From NCBI GenBank assembly GCA_010909165.1, contig VJWM01000203.1:124001-188000 (forward strand): a stretch of 64,000 bases of DNA, in the 5' to 3' direction. This DNA comes from Anthoceros angustus. Its lineage: Eukaryota > Plantae > Anthocerotophyta. Every line of letters begins with the position of its first letter. The stretch's first letter is position 1. A program made the position numbers and the translations under genes. Below the pieces are notes generated by a model. It saw nothing but the letters and a program-made list of their open reading frames with translations. It was not told the DNA's origin and ran no database searches. Positions 42,739-52,387 of this stretch are shown piece by piece.

Positions 42739-45375
42739 ATGGCTGTCTGCGAGTCATGCAAAGGGCAAGAGGACGCGTTGAGAGGACAGTTTTCGTGGTC
42801 TCGGCAAAATGGCGGGTTGACAAGGGGTATTACAGGCAGAGCTCCCGCTCGCCTTGCGGACTCAGGGAAGCAAGCCTTGGCGCACAGGCAATCTTGGAGG
42901 TGCAATTCCTTCGCAACGAGAAAGCCAGCCCATCCCAGGGGGTGTGTAGAGGACCGTCGGCAGCAGAAGTTGTGGCGACAGTTTTTTCAAGACCCAACAC
43001 TTTGGTGGGATAATAGGGGAAGCAAGAAGAGCCTTCGAGCACCTGACTTCCGGCACCGGCAGTCCCAGGAGGTCCTCTGGTTGAACAACTTGCACAAGCC
43101 AGCTTGGGTGGATGCGCAGCTTGCTGCTCTGGATATTCTGGGTGTGGAACGGAGCCAGATACTAGAGCCTCCTAACGCTAGCAGGCCTGCAGGGGACGAT
43201 AGGGACGTGATTGCAGAAAGAGTGAGCAAGTTATGTAACGAGGGTCATCTTACAGAGGCTGTGGCGGCTTTGGAATCTCTGGTGGACACAGAAGACCCCT
43301 GTGTTCCCAAATCTCTCATTTACACAGTCCTGAAGAAATGTGCAGTGAGGAGGGATCTTGCGCTGGGTACCCGCGTGCAAGCTTGCACGGTGAAGATGGG
43401 GTACCAGTCAGATACGTTTCTGGGCTTCCACATCCTGCGTATGCACGCTTCTCATGGCAGGTTGCAAGAGGCGATGGATGTGTTTGACGAAGTGGCCAAA
43501 CCGGATGCCTTTACGTGGTCTGCCATAATCTCTGCCAATGTTAAACAGGGCCATGACAGGCAGGCCATGCAACTCTATCATCGGATGCGCAGGGCCGGTG
43601 TGACGCCAGATGGGCATGTGTTTGTGGCCGCCCTTCAGGCTTGTGCAAGGGCATTGGACTTGAAAACTGGGCAGCAGGTGCATGCTGATGTGTTAGCAAG
43701 TGGGATGGAGCCTGACTTGTTCGTTTGTAGTGGCTTGGTGGACATGTATGCAAAGTGTGGCAACTTGGAGGATGCCCTGGGCGTGTTTGACGGACTTAAA
43801 GAGAAGAATGTGGTAATATGGAATGCCATGATAGGGGGCTATTCCCAGAACGGCATGGGCCAGAAAGCCCTTTGCCTCTACACAGCTATGCAAGATGAGG
43901 GCATGGTTGCACCCGATTCTGTAACATTTGTGTGCCTCCTGCAGGCGTGTGCAAGTGTAGGTCCTCCAGCTTTAGACAAGGGGAAGCAGCTCCACGCCCA
44001 AATTAGAGAAGCAGGACATGAAGCTGAAGTTTTTGTGGCCAGCAGTTTGGTGAACATGTATGCAAAGTGTGGCAGCTTGGAGGATGCCCAGAGAGTGTTT
44101 GACACGCTCGGTCAGAAAGGCGTAGGGACATGGAACGCTTTAATGGCAGGGTATTCTCATCAGGGCATGGGCCAGGAAACTCTTGGTCTGTACGGTGCCA
44201 TGCAAGAAGAGGGCACGGCTGTACCAAACATTGTGACATTTGTGTGCCTCCTGCAGGCTTGTGCGAGTGTGGGCGCTGCGGCTTTGGAGAAGGGGAAGCA
44301 GCTACATACGCAGGTCAGAGAAGGCGGGCATGAAGCTGATGTGTTTGTAGCCAGTAGTTTGGTAAACATGTATGCAAAGTGTGGGAGCTTGGAAGACGCT
44401 CGGAGGCTGTTTGATGGCCTTGGTCAGAAAAACGTGGTGACGTGGACTGCAATGATAGCAGGCTATACCCAGCAGGGATTGGCGCAGGAAGCCCTTGCTC
44501 TCTACAATGCTATGCAACAAGAAGGCATCGCTGTGCCCGATTCTGTGACTTTTGTGTGCCTTTTACAGGCATGTGCGCATGTGGCAGCTTTGTACCTGGG
44601 TAGGCAGCTTCATGGGCAGATTGTAGAGCAAGGGCTTCAAGCTGATGTGAGTATAGCTGGCAGTTTGATTAACATGTATGGAAAGTGTGGGAGCATGGCA
44701 GATGCGCAGCGGGTGTTTGATACATCAGGCCGCAGGGACATTGTCGCCTGGACTTCACTCATTGCAGGCTACACCTCTCGAGGAGAGAGTGAAGTGGTGT
44801 TCGACTTGGTCCGGAGAATGAGAGAGGATGGGATACGGCCAGACGGCATCACCTTCCTGAGTGTGCTCACAGTATGCAGTCATGTGGGTCTAGTGAATGA
44901 AGGGTGGGAGTACTTCGAGGCTATGAGTAGACACTACGGTATCACTCCCACGGTGGACCACTACTCATGCATGGTGGATCTCCTGGGCCGTGCAGGACAA
45001 GTGGATGAGGCACTAGCTTTGGTAAGGTCGATGCCTTTGGTGCCTAACGCTGCAATTTGGCACACTCTGCTGGGAGCTTGCCGAAAGTGGAGCTACATGG
45101 AGGTGGGACGCCTGGCCTTCAGTGAAGCAGTGAAGCTCGACAAGAAAGACTCCACAGCATATGTGCTGATGTCCAACATATACATAGGTGCTCAGATGTG
45201 GGAGCTGGCACTGGAGATGCAGGCGAGAAGGAAGAGAATCCGAGCATGGAAGCAGCCGGGGCAGAGCTGGTGGACAGACGAGGATGGACTTGTGCATAGT
45301 TTTCTGGTTGGTGACGAGAAGCTAAACCTTACCGGGAGTCAAGCAAGCAGTTCAAGGCTCTGTAGCACACGTTAG
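42739..45375 (+). CDS. PLS-class PPR with N-terminal OSB-type PDF motif and truncated WW-type E+ C-terminus
   Basis: Residues ~78-131 read LWRQFFQDPTLWWDNRGSKKSLRAPDFRHRQSQEVLWLNNLHKPAWVDAQL; a PLS array follows; ends WKQPGQSWWTDEDGLVHSFLVGDE with no HxE. Confidence 0.9.
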   Translation: MAVCESCKGQEDALRGQFSWSRQNGGLTRGITGRAPARLADSGKQALAHRQSWRCNSFATRKPAHPRGCVEDRRQQKLWRQFFQDPTLWWDNRGSKKSLRAPDFRHRQSQEVLWLNNLHKPAWVDAQLAALDILGVERSQILEPPNASRPAGDDRDVIAERVSKLCNEGHLTEAVAALESLVDTEDPCVPKSLIYTVLKKCAVRRDLALGTRVQACTVKMGYQSDTFLGFHILRMHASHGRLQEAMDVFDEVAKPDAFTWSAIISANVKQGHDRQAMQLYHRMRRAGVTPDGHVFVAALQACARALDLKTGQQVHADVLASGMEPDLFVCSGLVDMYAKCGNLEDALGVFDGLKEKNVVIWNAMIGGYSQNGMGQKALCLYTAMQDEGMVAPDSVTFVCLLQACASVGPPALDKGKQLHAQIREAGHEAEVFVASSLVNMYAKCGSLEDAQRVFDTLGQKGVGTWNALMAGYSHQGMGQETLGLYGAMQEEGTAVPNIVTFVCLLQACASVGAAALEKGKQLHTQVREGGHEADVFVASSLVNMYAKCGSLEDARRLFDGLGQKNVVTWTAMIAGYTQQGLAQEALALYNAMQQEGIAVPDSVTFVCLLQACAHVAALYLGRQLHGQIVEQGLQADVSIAGSLINMYGKCGSMADAQRVFDTSGRRDIVAWTSLIAGYTSRGESEVVFDLVRRMREDGIRPDGITFLSVLTVCSHVGLVNEGWEYFEAMSRHYGITPTVDHYSCMVDLLGRAGQVDEALALVRSMPLVPNAAIWHTLLGACRKWSYMEVGRLAFSEAVKLDKKDSTAYVLMSNIYIGAQMWELALEMQARRKRIRAWKQPGQSWWTDEDGLVHSFLVGDEKLNLTGSQASSSRLCSTR

Positions 45376-45863
45376 TTTCCAAAATCGGAGACAGAAGAAA
45401 CGTGTGTGCCCAAGGATCCGCACTTCAACACTTGGCCAAGCATGGAGTTCATGAAGCTCACATTAAACACCACATGTGAAACAATCAGAATGCTTGTATG
45501 GTGGGGAGAGATGGGGAGGGTGCACCAAAGACTCCCATCCGAAGAAATGTTTGGGGCATGACATAGATCTTCACACAGAATAGAGCGGAGGCAGGACCTT
45601 CTCCACGAGGAAGTCTACCGTTGGACAATTTGTCAGGTGAGAACAGGAAGAGGTTTGTGACTGTTGATCTGCAAGCCATCCATCTGGCAAGCCATCCTAC
45701 ACTCAGTGTGAACACGGCCTTGTGAACAGTGGTACTTGCAGATAGTTCTTCTGGAATGAGCTTTTCGTTCGTGGGGGGAAGCGTAGAATCCCAAGAAATG
45801 TTCCTGGTGGGCTGTGTCGCCTGAGATCCGGGTGCAACATAGCGTACCGTGCCGGGTGTGATG

Positions 45864-46712
45864 CTAGGAGCGTAACTTCCACGCCATCCCCTCAAACATC
45901 TCGATCTGCTTGCTTCGGAGCTCTTCCTCGCCTGTGGAGCAATAGAGAGCAAACTGCTCACAGTTACGCCGGAACAGACTGTAGTCGCCGAAGCCATTCT
46001 GGAATGCGTCTTGAGCTCGTCGGAGGACTGTCTCTACATCTTCACAAGGTCCCATGTGGCAGGAGCCTGCGGCAAATCACATTTGCTCAGCGCCAGGGAT
46101 ATGTGAATGCAATGGCGTCCGAGAGGCAATTCTAATCTCACGTCACCTTTGCGGCTGCTTTGGTAATCATGTCTGGCTACGCCGTAGCGGTGATGGTGCA
46201 GGCTTCGCCTTTTGCTGAAGCAGTGAACGCAAGAACGTACGACACCGCTGTTGGGGTAGAGGTGGTTGTGGTGGACCTGGGCGCAGCTTGTGCCGTCCCG
46301 CCGTTTTCTACACGGCCTGCCACAGAACTCCTTGATGTCGCCCCGGAAATGGTACACCCAGAGGGTGCGCTCCGGGTCGGACTCGAAGCCACCAGCAATT
46401 CCTGCTACCACCAATAACATCACATGCCGCCGCTTCTCCATCATCTCCAAAATGTGAAATCACTTACTCAGAGTTTCTTTGAATCCTGATGGCCAGGGCC
46501 GGCACTCCAGTCCCAGCAGTGACCCATTGCAGTGTGGTGAACTCACCGTGGTGAGAGTACGTGTAGAGCCCACGGTAAGCGTAGATGTGAAGCCCCGGCG
46601 TGACATCCTGCGGATCGATGTAATGCGTGAGACCTTCAGAGTTGGTTAGCTTGCGCAATCCACTGATTTCCCCAGCTGCCAATCCGGCAGCATTCCTGTG
46701 TCCTAGCCACAT
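45864..46712 (-). CDS. LRAT/NC-domain (permuted NlpC/P60) protein; multi-exon, internal junctions not fully resolved
   Basis: PGLHIYAYRGLYTYSHHG (H box, followed by a G|GTGAGT donor), WVYHF, SCVHCF, YGV, and GFGDYSLFRRNCEQFALYCSTG (NC box with catalytic Cys). Confidence 0.8.
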
Positions 46713-46824
46713 GAGGCTCCCGGGCGAGAGGGAGACGGAGACGGAGACGGAGAGGGAGAGCCGATCCGGCGGCATTCATGTGTCGTAGCCACATTTAAGC
46801 TCACGGGCGAGAGGGAGAGGGAGA

Positions 46825-46887
46825 GAAGAAGAAGAAGAAGAAGAATTTTAATTGAAGTCCACCTAGACGGATTTCCGTCATGGGACT
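46825..46887 (-). mobile_element. Putative LINE/SINE 3' tail: stem-loop followed by (TTC)n
   Basis: AGTCC..GACGGA-TT-TCCGTC..GGACT hairpin next to a (GAA)n run; similar to 16126-16188. Confidence 0.45.
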
Positions 46888-47339
46888 GACAAGTCTGATT
46901 CCGCAAGGCCAGAGATGAGGTGAGATTGGAGTCATTCGGACTAAAAGAGGAAGTGGGAATTGCTTCACGTCCACTCAACGCGTAACTGGCCTTAGAGGGA
47001 GGCGACTCGGTCTTCGCTCAGATGCTATTTTATGCACAATACTATGCAATAGCCTGGTGCGGTATATGTGCGCACGCTATTGTCCTTCACACCTACACCT
47101 TGTGCACACGGCAACACATTTCTACATAAAAATGGGGCACAATGTAGGGGATCTTTTACGGGCGCTCTTCGCTATGGTGCATTTCATAGCGTTGTCCTAA
47201 TTGCCTCTATGGTGCATTTCAGAGCGTTATCCCTAATTGCCTCCACGATGAGAATGTTTGTATCCATTAGTGGCTGACGATTCCCATATCATAAGTGTAT
47301 CCGTTAGTGGCTCACGATTCCCATATCATAAGCTTAGTC

Positions 47340-48530
47340 TAGGGACACGGTTAAGGAGGCCTTTGAAATTTTCTCCTTGGAGCTCTCCCGGCTTGGCTTG
47401 AAGGTCAAAAACATTAAATGCAAGATCTAGTCTCCTTCCTGTGCTTCGCCTCCTCTTTAATATCCAGAGGGGGATATTGTTTCTGCATGGGGGCTTCGGG
47501 TTCTTGGTGTCCTGGTGGGGCCCCTGGCTTTCATATAAGAATACGTAGACGCGGCGCTGAGGCAGCATTTGGCGCACATCAAAGACTTGTCTCAGTCGGG
47601 TAACCCGTATGTGGTATTTGGGATCCTCTCTTTCTACTTTGTGCATCGGCCGGGGTACCTTCTACGTACAATTGCTCCTTCCACGGCTTTCTTATCCTAC
47701 TTGGGAGCCTTCGACACGCAGATTTTGCAAACTTTGGGCAACATCATTGGCCCGGGCACTTTCGACTGCACCGTTGGGGATCTGGCCAGACGGCAGGCTT
47801 CCCTGTCGCTTTTGGGGGCATCAATCTACTTGCCACGAGGTCTCTACACCAGCGGCTTTTTTAGGAAGCTGCTCCCATCCTAGCTTCCTGATTCTTAGTT
47901 TGAGACTCGCGCATTTTAGAGGCATTTGTCACGGGGGTTGAGGAGGAGGTATTTCCCCTGTAGGCGTCCGCAAGGGCGGCCGGGGGATCTCTATCCTCTG
48001 AGGCTAGGGCCGCCATGCCTCTTTTCTTCTCCCTCCCCGAGGTTGGGATGCGGGGGCTTCAAGAGTTGCTCCTGGAGAAGCATTATGGGCAGGCGCAGCT
48101 GGCCTTCTTCGAGATTCCTCCATTCCCAGGCCCATCCGTGCCTTCTCTTGCCTTTCGGGGAAGGCGGGTTCACCCGCTTGTCCGGTGTCCAGCGCGTTCG
48201 CATCGCACCAGCAACCTTTTCTACCACAATGTATTTTCGCTTGGGTCTGGTCCAACATTTGGCCTATTCTCTCTCTACTTGTAGCTGTGGGGCTTTCCTC
48301 GATGACCGTGGCCCATTCGCCCCGTCCCATTGGCGGACAGCGCGTTGATGCCATCCGGACGCATGTTCTCGTGAGCCAAGAAGGGCGGCTTTTTTTCCCC
48401 GCAGGGAGCGTCCCACCTTGCCTTGCTCAATGGTGTGTCTCTCAGGCGACCTTTCTTGACCCGAGACCAAGTGATTGGTTATCGTGGTTAACCCGACGGT
48501 GTCTGTGAGCATCGTTATCCTCAACCCCGA
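47340..48530 (+). mobile_element. Non-LTR retrotransposon fragment with RT C-terminus and Cys/His knuckle plus REL region (CRE-like)
   Basis: VLG(A)PL...HRPGYLLRTIAPS...LARRQASL (thumb region), followed by YFRLGL...CSCGAFLDDRG.H...R...RPSD. Confidence 0.6.
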
Positions 48531-51500
48531 AGTTAGGCGGCGGAAGGCTCGCGGTCAAGGTTCATAAGTACTCTCCTGCGTAACGGCACCTTTTATCCTC
48601 CTCATCGAGTCACCATGAGCCACATGGGTGGAACTTCTCGAAGTTCCTCAAGGCCAGTGCTAAGGCTTACCACGATCGTAGGAATGGGGTTGGTCTCCCC
48701 CTTTCTTGTATTATATCTTTCTTGAGCCGGGTGTCCATCGCCTGAGAGACATTAGCAAGCTTGACTACGGAAGCGAGCGGGGAGGCGGCTTCTTCGGCGG
48801 CGATGGTAGATAGGCCCTTTCTTATGGTAGGTAGGTTGCCAATGGAAGAAACATGAGCCTTCTTGTAGATGTCTAATTAAGAGAGGGGATAAAAGAAATT
48901 TCGTTGCAGGCATAGTGAGGAGTTCGCCCTCGCCGATTTCTGCAATAGATTTGAGAGCTACATGAAGGAGCCCTATGTGAGAGGAGAGTTTGCTTGCAGC
49001 TGCTTGTCAAGCAGAGGAAGAAGTCGAGGCAGTACCCCTATTCAGCATACATGGTCTTACAATAAGATTTGTTTCTTATGGTCTGCTGCTCATAACACCT
49101 ACGCACTGTTAGAGTTGTATGACAGTCTGCAGAATATTGAACTTGCCCCTTATGTTGTTGGCAAAGGATTGTCTAAATCAGTTTGACGTGATCGTAGTAA
49201 CCTCATACTTGGGCAGTAAATGGTCTTCTAAAATCTGTTAAGACCCCATAAACGAGCCGTCTTACTAATGTCATGGCTCAAGAAGCAATGGGCGGCAGAG
49301 GAGGGATGGAATCCTATGTTTACTTATGCAGATGGATTTGACTTTGACTATTGGTCAGCAGGATCTTATGGTGACACAGTTCAGCATGGTTGGATGCTCA
49401 CGATTGTGTCAATGTAGATGTGGGCTTTGGCAATAGTTTTTGATCTTATGTGAGAATTGTATGAAGTTGTAAGCTCAGAATGATAAGCAACCTGTTGTAG
49501 AAGGGTTGTGGTCCTTTTTTTTCCCTCAGCAATGTTGTTTACATTCAGGTTCTAATTAACCTCTAGGGCTATTTCAGCTGCAAATTTTGCTTACAATCAT
49601 GTTTTGATGAGCCACTGTTGCAATATCAGCCACAACGAATAATCCTTATTCGCAATTAGTTGTGATGACCCTCCGAGCTGCAAATTCCAAATTCCACCAT
49701 TAGAGTTATAAGTTTGGTTGAGAATCGATACTCTTGTGGACAAGAGACGAATGCTTTGACTCCCTTCGGGTCGATTAGTAGAGGGTTTTCATTTTTTTTG
49801 TCAGGATTTGTGTGAGAAATAAGGGATATGCGTGGATAATAAGGCTTATCCAGCCAAGCTGCGTAGGCGTGGCGGCAACTCCAATGTGGGCAAGGTCCAG
49901 AGGAGCTCAGGAGGACGGTCGTAGGCCACAGGGAAGGCAGGGTCCGGAGTAGCTCCGAAGGAGGTCCGGAGGGGGGGGCCCTAGGTGGTCCGACGGTGTG
50001 GGTCGTAATTTTGGAAGGGCGACACGTGAACGGTGGCATGGGGCCATCTGACATGCAGGGGGTCAGAACCCCATAATCGCTAGAAGCCGTTATAGGCAGG
50101 TAGTTACGACCCAAGGACATGCGCCAAGAAGGCGGCGGGTGTGCAGTTATTGTACAAGATGCACGAGTGGCGCATCGCAAACGAAAGACATCTTCCCGCA
50201 CGATAATTACGCCTACCGCATCAGAAGCCGAGAAGAAGAAAACTTCCAGACATGGCGTCTGGCGGTTCGCCTCACGCTTCAACACTCATGACTCCGGGTC
50301 TAAGGGCGCATTTATAGTTGCCCCGAGGCCGAGTCGCTCCGAAGCAAGACGGCCTAATGAGGCTTGAGCTGCTGGAAGCGCTTTGATCAAAGTTTAGTGC
50401 TTTACTAATTGATACAATTGATTACAAGAGGTGGGCTTTTATAGCCCGTGTATGAAGAGTTGTACCTCTTCAGTACAAGATACCAAAGGGTATGACCACG
50501 CTGGGTTGAGCTAAGCTAACCATAACCAATGCGGTAGGTACTTCTAACTCTCCCTCTCAGACTAGTTGGGCTATCTAAATCAAAGAACTAATAGTCATTT
50601 GCCGGTGGAGTATTCTCAGGGAGCTTCCATTACCCTCTTAGCGATTTTTGGTGCTGCCCTTGAAGAGGAGTCAAGCAAAATAGGCTCTACAAGATCCTCA
50701 TCATCACCTCAACAGCAACATGTGCTTTTTACCTCTCGAGGAAGAGGACGAGGTTGAGGTTTCAGACTTAATTTTGGGAGCAGAAGACCATACTCTGCAA
50801 CACCCAAAGAATGTCAACATCGAAAGCAAAGGAGCACCACGAGGGTTAAAGGTCCCCAATTGGTGTCGATCCCTGTGCATTATGAGAATGAATAGTGAAG
50901 AAAGTCAGCAGAGAGCCCAGCCCGCACTGTAGACAAATGTAGAATGGACCAGCCCCCAACAATACAAAGGCACCAAAGTAATTTTAGTGTCTATAGATCC
51001 CTAACAAAAGCAGATACTAACATGTGGTTTCTTGTTTCCGGCGCCACTAATCATATCTGTCACTCCAGGGAGATGTATTATACCTATCATCAATCAACAA
51101 CAAATCGCTCAGACATTAGGAGATGACAAATCCTATCCATTCAAGGGACCGTGAAACTGCTACTACCGAATCATGGACGACATCATGCTCAAGGGTGTCT
51201 TACATGTGCCAAGTATGACAAAAACTTTGTTGTCTGTGCATAAACTAACCTGTGATCATAGCTGCATTACTTTCACTCGCTTTCATGCCAGCTTTCACCT
51301 ATCTCACGTACCCATCACTTGTTCTAGCATGTGGTTACGCCTACCATGATTTGTATCACCTGCACATCACCATTGGTGTCAAGACCACAAACAAATAAAA
51401 TGTTGCGTATGCACATCCAAAGTACATCTTTCCTGTAAGTAATCAGTAGGTTATGTCGCCTAAATTAGCTTAGCCTATCTCCAGCGTATAATTCAACATT

Positions 51501-52387
51501 CGGATTTATACAAGGACAATCTTACCTTTAAACCCGATCCTTCACTTTTCTGCGAGAGCTGTCAAGTAGGCAAACTTACACAGAAACCATATAATGATCC
51601 TTCCCCTACACGTGAATCCTCCCTGCTAGAGGTCGTCCATTCAGACGTATGTGGTCCTATGTCAACCTATTCCTTTGGTGGGGCCATATATTTCCTCTCC
51701 TTCTTGGACGAATGGAGCCATTACTGTCATCTTTATTTCCTGAAAAGCAGACAGCAAGTTTTCACCAAGTTCCAGGAGTACACTGCAATGGCAGAAGCAC
51801 AAACATGCCATGTGATCAAGCGGTTTTGTAGTGATAATGCTAAGGAGTATCTCAGCGCAGAATTCACCGACTTCTGCAAACAGAAAGGCATTGTACATCA
51901 ATTAACTGTGCCTTACCATCCTCCTCAGAACCCTTATGCATAACGCTACAATCGTACATTACAAGAAAGGACCATAGCAACTTTGCAGCTAGCAGACTTA
52001 CGAGGTTATTGGGGCGCGTGGATGTCACATTACATTGCTAATCGGTCGCCTTTGAAGCCTCTCTATGATACAACCCCTTATCATTGGTCCAACAACAAAC
52101 CACGCAGTCATTTACGCATTTTGAGCCGTGGCTTATGCGTATGTGCCTTCGCAAGCGGCACAAGATGGATCATAGAGCTACAAAGCATATGTTCGTTGGA
52201 TATTCTGATACAATAAAGGGTTATAAATTATTCAACCCACTTACCCGGGAGCTCACCATAGCCAGAAGCGTAAGTTTCAATGAGGCTTTCATTTTGGAGT
52301 CCCATCTTCAATCCAGCAGTAGCCATGCTCCCTTATCCACTGCCTCAGTTTATGGACACACACCACCTGAACATTTCAATGACACAC

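Noticed and set aside
18193-44520. Dozens of 60-190 aa ORFs antisense or off-frame to the PPR genes
   Set aside because: Shadow ORFs of GC-rich repetitive coding sequence, with no independent motifs.
48880-49600. Possible exon-like fragments
   Set aside because: I could not assemble a frame or recognise a family.
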